64,000 bases of DNA, from the NCBI RefSeq assembly GCF_006345805.1, contig NC_042998.1:54436001-54500000 (forward strand). Reading direction: 5' to 3'. Within the stretch, counting starts at the first letter, position 1. Each line of letters starts with the position of its first letter. Below the pieces are notes generated by a model, which searched no databases, was not told the DNA's origin, and worked only from the letters and a program-made list of their open reading frames with translations. Source of the DNA: Octopus sinensis (taxonomy: Eukaryota). A program made the translations under genes and the position numbers. This document shows, piece after piece, positions 1 through 13,070 of this stretch.

Positions 1-281
1 AATTTTGTAAGTAATAATAGTTTTCTGACTACATTGTGTGTATATCTTGTGTTAGGGATTAACATAACTTTCCAGTTTCTCACTGATATCAGTTACACTA
101 CATTACCATATAGTTTCTCACAGATTCTTGTTTAAATAAGAAATTGGTATTCAGGTTTGCTATATTTCAAGAGATCAAACCTCAGCTTATGAGCCATGAG
201 CCAAACACAACTCTCAAACCTTTATGTGGCTCCCAAGATCATATTGGGCTTCAGTACTATTTTTTTTTTTTTGTAAACAGA

Positions 282-512
282 TTGAACCTTTTGATACCAA
301 CCCACATGAAACTGCCCTTGGGTGTATGTTACATAATTTTTCATTTTAAAGTGATCTAAATTAAAACCTTTCATCAAAATTTCATATTCATTTACGCTTG
401 AAACATCAGATTATTAAAAACGAAGTTAATTTACAAAATTCTTCATTATTATCAAAATTAATTGAAATAAAGGCAGTGTGTATCAACAGAAATATGGTAA
501 CAAAAGAGTTAA
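282..512. mobile_element. Second TTAA-type MITE family
   Basis: tgaaccttttgatacc ... ggtaacaaaagagttaa; related segments at ~2330-2560 and ~25730-25935. Confidence 0.55.
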
Positions 513-3026
513 AATCCTAGTCACCACATTTTAAATATTAACAACAAGAAATTGAGAATTCAACAAAAGCCCTCAACAAGCAGAAATGGATTAATCTAAT
601 TTAATGACTAAAACAATATCATGATATATCTTTTTTTATTTGTAAATATCATTTTAAAAATATATGTTGCAGAACCTGAATGTGAAATAAAAAGTATATG
701 TGGAGCTTCTTATCAAATAATTTGACCACCTTTGCTATATTTTATGGCAATTTCCCTTTGTAGTTAGTTTAAATGCACCTGTCCACATACAGGAGTGTGG
801 CAATATAAAGTGTACCAGATACATAACTGAAATAAAGGTTTATGACATTGTGCATTTTCTAACAGCAGTCACAGTATTTATTTCTAATTTTACCAAAACC
901 ACAATGCATAAGACTTCAAAGAACAGCTTGTGGGTGATTTATCTAAAACCCAGTACTTAATGGGGGGAAATCTATAACATAAAACACATAAGTCAGATCC
1001 CAAATATAGAATATAAGATATTCTTATGTTAGTGTATTATTTCAAAATTGTTTTTTTAAATATTGCTTTATGAACTTATTATATATAATATTCAGTTTGA
1101 AGGATATCGCCATGAAGAAGCTTAATTCCTCTCCTTCAATAAACAACACAGATATAATAACATTAAACAAAAATATTTTTTTTTTAAATATATAAATAGA
1201 TAATATCTACTCAATGTGATGCAAAGAAATATGCTGACAGCAAATATTAAATCTTTTGTTTTTGTATATATGAACATAATATGATGTCAGCTTAAAACAT
1301 AAATATTGATTGTTTACAAAAAAAACCAAAAAAAAAACAAAAGACTAAGAAGATATATATTATTCCCCACCTCCAAAACTGCAGGGAGAACTGATCCCTA
1401 GAAACAATATAGATAATTCTTAATGTAAGTGTATTTTAACATGACATTTTAATACTTTCTTCTTGATCAGTAGAGAAAGATCAATAAAACATCATTTAAA
1501 ATTTCGAAACAAGTCCCAAATAACTCTTCAAATATGAAGCATGTTCTTTTGAAATAATTTTTTTCCCCAGTTTCTACTTCAGTAGTCCCAGTTATTTACA
1601 CTATCTCTCGAATTTCTAACTACAGATAGATGATGGGAAACCAAGGGAGTTTTATGATAAATACAGTAATTTGTTTTGTTTTTTTTTTAAACAAAATATG
1701 ACAGACTCTGTTTTGATAAAAAGTCTCAGAGGAAAAATTGGAAAATAACAAAATGAAATAAGAGAGATTAAACTGATGGTTGTTGTTTGTGCTTGTAAGA
1801 AAAATTATCTCCCATGATGATTTTTTAAAATTATATAACATTTATGAATACACAAAAGGATGGATCTGGTTAACAAACAAGAAAAAATTTACAAAAATGA
1901 AAAATATAATACAAGTAAGAATAAGCTTTTTTTTTTTTGGTCTAGAAATACATAGACTTCATGTAAATAAATATAAATAATTCCTATTTAGCACCATATG
2001 CCAAAAAATGAATTTTGGATGAATCTCGATGGGATTAAAAATGCTTATCAATTTGATTATATTACTTGGTTCTATTCCATCTAAAACGAAAACTTAATAC
2101 ACATATATTCATAAATGCAAGAATATGCATATACCCATGCAAAAATAAACATATATATAAGCTTATATGCAGTGTATGTGAATAACAGAATGTGTTGAAG
2201 TAAAACATGACTGAATATTGTATAAAAGAGCCTCATCTGCATGTATCTAAAAGTACTTAAAGTGCAACCGTTCACTCAGATGTTGGGGAGAGATATGACT
2301 CTGAGAAAGTATTCTAACAATTTATTAAAAGATACACAACTCTTTTCTTACCATATTTCTTTTGAAATATACAACCTATGTTTCAATAAATTTTTTAAAT
2401 GAGGAAGAATTTAGCAGAATAATTGTCACTATTAACCTGGTGTTTGGAACATAAATTAACGTGGAATTTTGATTGAGTGAAGGCTCTAATTTTGATCACT
2501 TTAAAACAAAGTTTTTATTATAGAACCAGGAGCAGCCTCAGGGTGATTAACTTTAATGAGCCCCATAGCAAAGCTCTCACAGTGGCATTTTCTAGTTCAA
2601 GACAATAAGATTGGCTACATTCCCCACAACTGTAATTTCAAAATTTTCTAATAACAGCAAATATTACATCTGCTGGCATGTGCAAAGTAATATTGAATGA
2701 AATAAACCATAGGATGCATGTTTCTGTATTGTTACACTTCATCAGCTTTGAAGACCGAATCAATCTTTTACAGGCCTGCAAGAACGGCTGTTCTTATAAA
2801 CAGAAATGTATTTATTACAGAGCTTTAACAGACTGAATCAACATTAATGGTCATGGAGCATAACAATGCAGATATGCAGGCAACTGGCAACCAGAGGACA
2901 ACATTAATGACTCAATGATGGTTTATTTTTTGCATATATTGTGTATGAGGAGAATTTTCTTCTGAGACAGTATCTGCAGTGAGAGATCTTCCTATATCTG
3001 AATATCAACAAATGCATTAAATATTG

Positions 3027-3030
<4 letters not shown>

Positions 3031-3092
<62 letters not shown>

Positions 3093-3097
3093 TGTGT
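3031..3097. repeat. (GA)n microsatellite followed by (GT)n
   Basis: About 30 GA units, directly visible. Confidence 0.98.
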
Positions 3098-3754
3098 AAA
3101 AATGCATGAGTTTTCATTAAACATGTTTGCCTAAGTTCAAATGTGGTAAGATCTCTAGTGAAAATAGTATTAGGACTAAATTTTCATACACAGTATATGT
3201 GAAAACGTACCAGTGGGCTGTTAATGTCATTGGATTGAAAAATGCATGCATATCTGTATCATTACTATTCAACTGCAACAAATACTGAATCAATCTTTTG
3301 CAGCCCCAGCAACAATGCAGAAACGCAGGCAGCATACAATCTGGTAAGGTCATTCATAGCCCGATGTGTTTTCACACACATTGTCTATGAGGAATATTTT
3401 CTCTTGAGACTCTTTCACAGCTAAAGATCTTCCTAAGCCCAAGGGTATACAAACATATTAAATATGAATGTACACATATTTCATTCAAAGCTACTTTATG
3501 TACCACTATTTGATTAATTTCAATGTGACCAAGCTTTGTACACATCAGCAAATGTACTATTTGTTATTCTTATATATATATATATATCAGAACATATGTT
3601 CATACAAGGATATGAAAGACTGATTCAGCAGTTGCAACTGATGAAACATATTAATACACAAACAACAAAAATTGTTTGGGGAGAATTTTCTCCTAATATG
3701 ATTTTGACAACAAAGGTCTCACACTTGAGTTTATACAAAGGTATCAAATATGTA

Positions 3755-4638
3755 TGAGGTGGTACCCAAAAGAAACTGGAATATTGCAATATGATTTTAT
3801 TCACTTAGTTTTACATGTGTACACTTATATTGCCTTGAAAATATTCACTATTTGAAGCAATGCATCGGTCCACATGCGTTTTCCACAACTGGAAGCAGTG
3901 CTAAAACTCTAGTGAAGTGATGTCTTTTAATGCTTCCGTGATTTCTTTCCTCACTTCTTCCACATCTGCAAATTCCATAGCACCAGCTTTCAACACCAGT
4001 GATGACCTTCAAAAACGGGTCTGGATCAACTTCCTGCTGTTCTGTTAGTTCATGACATGCATTCAGATGTGACTGCTTTTGATCTTCCGTGAGCAAGTGA
4101 GACACAAATTTTGCTGCAACTCTTTTCATTTACAATTCCTTACTCAAAATTCATTGGCAGGAACTCCAGAACACACTAATCATATCAACAAGTTTATCAA
4201 TTGTTCAGCAATGGTCCTCTAAGATCAGTTCATGAATTTTCATGATGCTTTCATTCATTTGGGATGTTGACGATCGCCCTCAACAAGGTTGGTCCTCAAG
4301 TGATAAGTGACCAATCCTAAAGCATGAAAACCACTCGTAAACAGGTGTTTTGCTCATGGTAGTGGCCTTGTAGAATGCTTCAAGCATGACACTTGTTCTG
4401 ACTGCCATTTTCTCCAGTAGAAAACAGAATTCATGGGCACATGCTGTTCCTTAATTTCAGTCATTGCAAAAATTGATGAACAGGGGAGAAGCACTGCAAA
4501 ACAAAGATGCACCACATGGCAGTATGACCTAACAGGATGCCTGAGGGTCACATCAAGTGGCTTCTAGTGATGGAAGCCTGAACTACAATGGGCTTGTCCC
4601 AGAGAGAACGTTTCCAGTTACTTTTGGGTACCCCCACG
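3755..4638 (-). mobile_element. Internally deleted mariner (Tc1/mariner) transposon
   Basis: TIRs tgaggtggtacccaaaagaaactggaa / ttccagttacttttgggtacccccacg with TA on both sides. ORF 3848-4129 (MKRVAAKFVSHLLT..QK...ITGVESWCYG) resembles the mariner WVPHEL linker and first catalytic-D region; the C-terminal catalytic part is missing. Confidence 0.85.
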
Positions 4639-5049
4639 TACATAATGTTTTTTCCAGCATGTAAGTCAAATTGCTTCAAAATTTATAGCTAAGAGAGGTA
4701 GGTCAACTTATACACCAAGATAACTTTGGAGGACAACAAAATTCTGTGTGAAATGCAACAGGATTTGGAAAGATGGAGACAATGTTTGAATGTTTACACA
4801 ACATTTTAGCACTTTATACTATTTCGCCTTGTATGCAAGTAAATGTGTGTGTGTGTGTGTGTGTATGTGTACATGTGCATGCATACATATGCCAGTATGG
4901 AAAATGAATGTTTAATGGTGATGATACATACATATGTACATAATACATAAAGTTAATCCAAACAAGAAAACACAAAAAAACACAACAACGCGAGGACGTG
5001 GAACAAATATAGTATTATTGGACGCTCAGGAAAGAAGGGAAGAAGGAGG

Positions 5050-5084
5050 GTTTAACGTTTCGAACGGAGCTCTTCGTCGGAAAC
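5050..5084 (-). ncRNA. Hammerhead-like motif with U4C core variant, inside a ~4935-5160 repeat
   Basis: Minus strand GUUU-CCGACGA-A-GAGC-UCC-GUUC-GAAA-CGU-U-AAAC; palindromic ACGU helix III. Confidence 0.5.
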
Positions 5085-5416
5085 ATAGAAGAAGGAAAGA
5101 TCCAGAGAAGGGAAGACAGAGGAAAAAAAAATAGCCAACGGTACACACGAGGTCACATTTTAAATACATACATACATGTATATATATAATTTGTGTAAAG
5201 AGGGTCTGGTTTTTGCTTTTGGAGATGTTATATTAAAGATACAGCTATGTTTAAGTCTGATCCTTTTTTATTATGATAGACTTTTCATATTTCCTTATCA
5301 GCCTTTTACATTTAGTTTCTTAATAAAGATCCTGATCCATTAGTCCATAATGGATTTTGGGATGCTGTAGTTCCACAGTAAACATAAAAGAAAATATGAA
5401 AAATTTTCAAATAAAG

Positions 5417-5461
5417 TGTCGCTGAAGAGGTCACAGATGTGTGACGAAAGATTTCTGGACA
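5417..5461 (+). ncRNA. Hammerhead-like motif
   Basis: tgtcg-CUGAAGA-G-GUCAC-agaugu-GUGAC-GAAA-GAU-UUC-tggaca; perfect 5-bp helix II, bulged helix I. Confidence 0.55.
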
Positions 5462-5631
5462 ATGGACATGAGTTAAAATAATAAAATAAGAACAGTAAAA
5501 AATGAGTGAAGAAAAAATAAATAGTGCGTGTGTTTATTTGGCAAAAAAAAAAAAAATAAAAAGACCATCCCGAAATACAACAATATCTGTTTCAACACAC
5601 GATTTCACATGAAGAATCTTGCAACACCAAT

Positions 5632-5677
<46 letters not shown>

Positions 5678-8634
5678 ACACACACACACACATATATATA
5701 TATAGTTCACAATGGTATTGTATTCATTGGTTCTTAATTCCAGATGTGCAAAATGCTACTTACCCAAGAGAATAGAATAACTTTGTATTGTTGATAAGCT
5801 TCATCTTAATATTAATTGAGGTAGTCTATAATCAGATGTGTTCTAACACAACCAGACTATGCTTGAGTTTTTTTTTTTGTTTTTTTAGCAGTGAATCTGG
5901 GATGCTCTTCTTATTTTTGAAACATTAAGGTTAGATCTGAACGGAGATTTGGCAGCTATTCCTAATGCTTAGTGCAACCATGTTATGCTCTCTCACTGAT
6001 GTGGAATTACCTTGGTTATGATCAGTTGTGAAAAAGATAATATTTAGTTTCCAAATTAAAAAGACAATGTCTGTTTTGTTGCACACATACACATACACAC
6101 ACAGAGCTAAACCTTCATCACATAATCTTTAAATGATGCATTTCTATAGAAGAGTGTAATAATGATGTTAAATATTGTTCAGTTCTACAATTGCTTCTCG
6201 ATTTTAACTTTGTTCTTATCTCTAAGAACATTTTATTTTGTAAATATTCATTACTTTGTTTCTTTTCCTGTTTTTTTTTTTGTTGTTTATTGCTTTTAGT
6301 TTTATCCTGATTTATTTCATTTTATTTATTTATACATTTATTTATTTCCAAAATGGAATACTTATCTCTCTTTTACACAGTAATACTGATTGGAAATATA
6401 TTTAAATATTTTTTCTTTTCTTTTTATTTTTTTTCAAAATAAAGAACAAATCATAAACAAACAGTTTATCTATAAAAAGAAAAAGACAAATTTACAAACA
6501 AAATGCAAAAAAAAAAAGAAAAAAGAAAGGAAATTAAATTAAAAACATGAATCTCATTAGAGGCTTGCATCTAAACATTACAGTACGTTCACAGTCTTTC
6601 AGTTCAAATCAAGTCACTAAAAATGTAATCTTTTCTTTTATTCCTTTATTAAACTTTCTACCAATATGAATATTTCTTTTTCTCTTTAAAACATTTTGTT
6701 GCAGTGTAGAATGTAAATGATTTTATTTAGTGCCATTATATTTCGTACCATCATTCAATTTCTAAAACCGTGCGTGCATGTGTGTGTGTGTATGCTTCTA
6801 TGTATGTCTGTTTGCGACTTGCATTATTTTTGTAAAAAAGGAACAAAATACAAAAACCAATGTGTTCACTCATCCTTAGACCATAATGTACAGTTCAGTA
6901 AATATGTTGTTTTTTTTATTTTACTTTTACCCAATTCTGTCTACATACAAATCGTTAAACGATCAAAATTTTACTGATGAGGTAATTTATTTTCTTTAGA
7001 GCATTATTAAATGATTTTGCTTTTTATTTTCAATTTATTTACTAAAGTTTACTTCAAACTATTTTCAATTATAGGAAAGAATATATTCTATATATGTGTG
7101 TGTCTGTGTGTGTGTGGAACAAAAACAAAACAATCAGATGAAATGGCACCTATTTGGAAAATTCCTTTCCCTATCCCCCTGCCCATCTATGCCTACCATC
7201 CAGAGTTGAAGTGAGAATAAAAAACAATTAAAATAAACAAGTAATTTAAATAAGGAAATTATTGATGATGTGCCAAATAGTATAAGACAAGGTTAACAGG
7301 GAGAAAATAATTTGCTAAATGATTTGAAAGAAATGAAAAAAAGAAAAAGAAAAAAAAATCAATAAAATAATAGGAAGAATATTAAGGCAATGAAATAGAA
7401 AAACAAAAACCTCACAGAAAAACAAACAGAAAGCAAAAAGTAAAAAAAAAAACAACCTAAAATATCAAGAGTAAATATTCCGATATAATCATCACAAATG
7501 CAAACGATGTTTCGATTAATGTGAAAGAAGTTAAAATAATAATGAGAAGAAGAAACAGCAAAAGTCAGAAAGGCTTCTGAAATTATCAAGTTCGGATTAT
7601 TGTGAATGCATCCTCCTCTTCTTCCTCCCCCTCATCATCATTATCGTTATCATTTCGAACATCTACTTTTGCCTTCTTACACAGGTCAGACAGAATTTAT
7701 TGAGGCAGATTTTGTACAGCCAGATAACCTTTCCATTGCCGTTAGCCCTCAATTGTTTGCAAGCATGGTGATGGTGGTATTTCCCCCTAAGTCCAGACAT
7801 GTCTTCGCAGAACACTGGAAATGGATGACATTGCTTGTATGACAGCAATACTCATTTATAACTATCATGCAATAACAGGACAAGGACATAAACAAACACA
7901 CACACACATATAGGCGTGGCTGTATGATAAGGAGCTTGCTTCCCAACTGCATGGTTCCTGGTTCAGTCCTACTGTGTGGCACCTTGGGAAAGTGTCTTCT
8001 GGTATGGCTTTGGGCCAACAAAAAGCCTTGTGAGTGAATTTGGGAGATGGAGAATGAGAAAACCCGTCACACATGTGTAAATATGTGTGTGTGTGTTTGT
8101 GTCTGTCCCCTGCCACCACTTAACAACTGGTGTTGGTTTGGTTATATCCCTTTAACTTAGTTCAGCAAACAGAGACAGATAGAATAAGTACCAGGCTTTA
8201 AAAAAATAAGTACTGGGGTCAATTCATTCAACTAGAAGGTTTTCAAGGTGGTGCTCCAGCATGGCCACAATCTAATAACTGAGATAGATAAAAGATAATA
8301 TAATAATGAGCATAGTGTTTTTATATATTTGTATACATAGTTATTTGGAATTGCTAAATTGAATTTTACCCTGTAAGTTTGGAATTACATTATTATTATT
8401 TGTATACATATCTATTTCTCCAAAATCATGCAGGAGGGCAAGGAGAAAGAGTAGTATAGGTGAAGGGGGAGGAGAGAAAATAGTAATTCAATGAAAGACA
8501 ACTAGTGAGATTAATAGCCCTGACTGAGAAGGAGTGAGAGAAAGTAATAGCAATGAGAGAGAGGAAGTGGCAAAGAGTGCATCATGTATCCTCTGTTTTT
8601 CTCCGTCACAACATATGAATGAGAAAGGAAGGGG

Positions 8635-9600
8635 TGGAAAAAAAATCAATGTTTCGACTCTGTGTGAGTATATGTGTGTGTATGTAAAAGGGAGGTATGT
8701 GAATGTTTGTGTGTGTGCGTGTGCAATGGAAATGGGATGGTGAAAATACTGAAAAGAAAAATCAAACAGCATTTTAACTCTGTTTGAGTATATGTGTCAA
8801 CGTGTGTGCATGTACAAGGGAAGTATGTGAATATGTGAACATTGACAATTTGATTTACCATCTATATCTTCTACTGTAATAATACTCTTGTGTATTTCTC
8901 CATCACAACATAATGAATACGAAAGGAAGGAGTGATAGATAAATAAGGAAGGAAGGGGTAATGGCAAACTTGGAAATGGGATGATAGAAGTTCTATGGTA
9001 AAAAAAAAATCAAACAGCATTTCAACTCTGCATGGGTATATGTATGTGTATATAAAAGGGAGTCATGTGAATGTGTGTGTGTTTGTGTGCAATGGAAGTG
9101 GGATGGTGAACATTCAATGCTGAAAAAAAATCAAATAGTGTTTCAACTCTTTGTGAGTATAGGCATGTATGCCAGATCAGACTGGAGCCTGGTGCAGCCT
9201 CCTGGCTTCCCAGACCCAGTCGAACCATCCAACCGATGCTAGCATGGAAAACGGACGTTAAACGAAGATGATGATGATGTGTGTGTGTGCAAGGGAAGTA
9301 TGTGAATAGTGGAGGCACATGGCCTGGTGGTTAGAGCAGCAGACTCGCGGTCGAGGGATCGTGGGTTCAAATCTCAGACCGGGCGATGTGTGTGTTTCTG
9401 AGCAAAACACCTAAGCTCCATGTGGCTCCGGCAGAAGGTAATGGCGAACTTCTGCTGACTCTTTCACCACAACTTTCTCTCACTCTTTCTTCCTGCATCT
9501 TGCAACCTATATGCCAAGGAAACCAGGAAACTGGCCCTTATGAGCCAGGCATGACTCGAGAAGGAACAAAAAAGTATGTGAATGTTTGTGTCTGTGATTA
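8635..9600. repeat. Degenerate ~120-bp tandem array interrupted by two retro-insertions
   Basis: Unit aaaaaatcaaacagcatttcaactct...gtatgtgaat...gcaatggaaatgggatggtgaa starts near 8640, 8756, 9000 and 9123. Confidence 0.7.
9308..9571 (+). mobile_element. tRNA-derived SINE with 12-bp TSD
   Basis: A box tggcctggtgg, B box gggttcaaatc; aagtatgtgaat repeated at 9296-9307 and 9572-9583. Confidence 0.85.
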
Positions 9601-9943
9601 GTATGTACCGTATTTTGTACCTTAGTTATATACAAAATACTACGATTAGCCATCATTTTTGAGATCATGTGATAGTTGTAAACAAGTGTCACCATCATAC
9701 AAACAATGCAGTTTATTTCCAGTCTCTCATGAAGCACATGAATGGCTACAGGATAATATTGCCTTACTTAGAAACAGGTGAAGGTTGGCAACAGGAAGTG
9801 CATCCAGCTGAAGAAAATCTGCCTCAACGAATTCTAAATTCCATCTGACTCATGTGAGCATGGAAAAGTGGATATTGAAACAATGACGATGATGATGAAT
9901 GAAAGGCGATGTGTGGAGTGAAAATATAATATTTTCTACTTAC

Positions 9944-10058
9944 ATTTTCCTTTTAAAACTGAGGAATTTTCATTATCAAGGGAATCCATAAGATCTAATG
10001 TTGACATGTGGTCTTGTAGATCAGCATCATTCCCACAAGCTTGAGTGAAAGGACGGTC
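9944..10058 (-). CDS. KATNIP: KATNIP coding exon (DRPFTQACGNDADLQDHMSTLDLMDSLDNENSSVLKGK+1 nt); not in ORF track
   Basis: Long pyrimidine tract with acceptor ttattctaAG, donor GTAAGT; 115 nt with a phase 0 start consistent with the previous exon. DRPFTQA matches the homolog's ERPFTQA. Confidence 0.85.
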
Positions 10059-10329
10059 CTTAGAATAACAGGAATAAAAACAAAGAAGATGATTTACAAT
10101 TATGTTACTGCTTTTGAATTATGTTTATTGGAATGTAAGATACTAAGTGCTATGTTTTTCCCTCTCTACCATTAAAACAACGTCTCCTACTCCTTTAAAA
10201 CTGGCAGGATGCTGTGTACCACTAGCAAATAGAGTAAAATAACATTCTGCATAACGTAATTTATATACAGAGAACCATATGAGTGAGATCGGGGCCAGAG
10301 CAATGAGCTGGCCTCCGTGCTGATGGCAC

Positions 10330-10710
10330 ATTAGAAACACCGTTCGAGCGTGATCATTACCTGGATCGCCTACTAGCACTTGTGCTGGTGGCACATGAAA
10401 AAAAAAACATTCTAGCGAGGTCGCTGCCAGGGCCACTGAACTGGCTACTGTGCAGGTGGCATATAAAAAGCACCATTTGAGTGTGGCCATTGCCAGTACC
10501 GCCTGACTGGCCCTCGTGCTGGTGGCACGTAAAAGCACCCACTACACTCTTGGAGTGGTTGGTGTTAGGAAGGGCATCCAGCTGTAGAAACTCTGCTAAA
10601 TCAGATTGGAGTCTGGTGCAGCCATCTGGTTCGCCAGACCTCAGTCAAATCATTCAACCCATGCTAGCATGGAAAGTGGACGTTAAACGACAACGATGAT
10701 GATGATGACT
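10330..10710 (+). mobile_element. 5'-truncated RTE 3'-tail copy, representative of many
   Basis: Matches 57720-58062 (ggcacgtaaaagcacccactacac...ccaacccatgctagcatggaaa...gatgatgat). Similar copies near 9170, 9760, 11690(-), 16400, 27240, 45170 and 60900(-). Confidence 0.8.
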
Positions 10711-12204
10711 GAATGGGGCTGATCAATATAAGGTTCACTCAAAATGTTATCAGTGGATCATCAGACCCAAGTGTTTCAACTTAATTTGGGCTCTTCAGTG
10801 AAAAATAAACACATTCAGGCACTCTCAGCTAGACTAAAATATCTGTTCTGATATAGAAAGCAGTAAACAAAAGATTTACAGATTTGTGCAAAAGCTGGCC
10901 AGACAAAAATTAAATCAATATACATGCTTCAAACAGCATTGAATTAAAATATCAATATTTATAACATTTACACTGTATACATAAATGTAGAATGATGTTG
11001 GCTGGAATATTTTGCCTCAGGCCTCTTGAGTCACAAATAAAATCAAATCCAAAAACAGAGATGTCGTTTTTTTTCATTTTTTGTTTGATAATCCGTTTAA
11101 CAACAACAACAGTAATAGTACACGGTTTCGTAGCACAAGACAGTAATAGAACATAATTAAACATAATACACAGTAATATTAAACATGTACTAAAAGTACA
11201 TCTAACACAATAAATCCAATACATAATGAATGCATTCTGAGGAGTGAAGGTGACAAGCAAGTAAATGACATGAAAATAGGTTGAGAAGCCAATTATTAAT
11301 GTAAATTCCTATTTTAGTACCCTTAAGAAAAGCTTTCCTACCACATTAATGCTATAACAGGAAAGGTAGTAAATCAATCGATATTGCAGCACTGAGATAC
11401 TTCAAAGAAATTACATTTGATTTTTAGTAGCTAAAATCTTCATTCAAAGCAGTTGAAAATAAAAAAAGAGAAAAAAATGTCTAGCAAAAAATATAATTTG
11501 GTAATTATGATGATGAACCACTAGAGTGTCTCCTTACAAAGCCAAGACTTTCATGAGATGAATGATTTTATTTTAATGACACCAAAAGAATGAAGGACTT
11601 TTCAATAAAACAAATACCAGTCATGTACTGAATTTGATGTGAATGTCATCTACCACTACCACCAATAATAATAATAATCCCCACCATCATAATCATTTAA
11701 AGTCTGATTTCCATGCTGGCATGGGTTGGACGGTTTGATAGGAGCTGGCTGGGTAGAGGACTGCACCAGGCTTTGATGTCTGTTTTGGCATGGTTTTTAT
11801 GAATGAATGTTCTTCCTAAGACCCACCCCACAGAGTGGACTGAGTACTTTTTAGATGACACCAGCACTCTTTAGATGACACCAGCACAAACAAGGTCAGT
11901 TTCTTTTTTTGTGCTTTTGTAATAAAATCCACTCTTTTCTACACTACCCATCATTCTCCTTATATATTGTTTTTCTCCCAGCTTAATCGTGCTGTCATTC
12001 ATGAACTTCACATCCAGCAGAACAGGTTCAATTCATTTCTTTGCCTGAATCCAGCACCCATGTTTTATACACAAGTATCATGCAATCTTCTCTTTTTTCC
12101 AAAAGAAAAACCCTTTGTTGCCAATTCCCTCAACTTTCACTATTCCATTCTTACTAATTAGGTCACCTATGTAACAAGTTATCAACTTCTAGGCAGTCAG
12201 ATAT

Positions 12205-12740
12205 TGGCTTTCATGGCTCCTGGTCTTAACTGATTGGAAATGTTATCATGTGCATGTTTTGTTTTGGTGCAAAACATGGCCTACAACAAACATTTTGCTC
12301 AATACCACAGATTTGCTTGTCAGTTGCTTAACCATTACCAGTTGAACATGTCACTTAGTGGGTGATGATAGCGCATCTCTGATCTCAAGCAGAAGCAGCG
12401 GGGGAGTATCATAGTCATGTGTAGAGAGAAATTCTTTCCTGTTTGAATAATTCACCTCTGAAAACATGGGTGCTCTGTTTATCATCCTTAAACAAACCTT
12501 ATTCAGGAACCTTTTGAGTGGAATAGGCTGCTCAACCTGAAGAAAATTTTGAGCCCCACCTACAAGGCCATGTGCTGTTTATCTTCATATGAAATCACCA
12601 TGTCATGCACATATGGTTGTGATGCATGTCTGGTGTACCCTTATCAGATGAGTGGTCATGATGGATATATTGGGCTTTGTATATTTGTACCCCAGTGTCA
12701 CTTTGATGGCATGAACTACTCTCTCATTCAATGATGATGA
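12205..12740 (+). repeat. ~530-bp interspersed non-coding repeat ending in (GAT/AAT)n, probably a LINE 3' end
   Basis: Second copy at ~18340-18860 and a partial copy at ~20100-20280. Confidence 0.7.
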
Positions 12741-13070
12741 TGGATTCTCCCATCAAAGATGATGTATAGGAGTTCGGCTTTTTTGCTGAACAAGCAACAC
12801 AAATGATTTGTTTATAGTGACAAAATGTATGTTCTGTATATTAGCTTCATCACACCATCAAATCAAAATTGCCTAAATTGGTGCATGGTGTGCCATGCAT
12901 CAGGTGTCGATGTGATTGCAGAGCAAGGTGAGATAAAATGTTTCACGCAAGAACACAACACACCACCTCATCTAGGAACTGAAACTACAATCTTGCAATC
13001 ACAAGGGCAACATCCTAACCAATAGGCCAAGCATCCTCACAATAATCATAATAATAATAATAATAATGAC

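Noticed and set aside
2755-3345. Short similarities (gaatcaatctttt.cag, aacaatgcaga) on both sides of the (GA)n tract and a plus-strand GTAAG donor
   Set aside because: Matches are too short, with no consistent frame or recognisable protein.
10761-10802. Minus-strand CTGAAGA...GAAAC...GTC, as a seventh hammerhead
   Set aside because: Helix II cannot pair and helix I is only 3 bp; at best a decayed relic.
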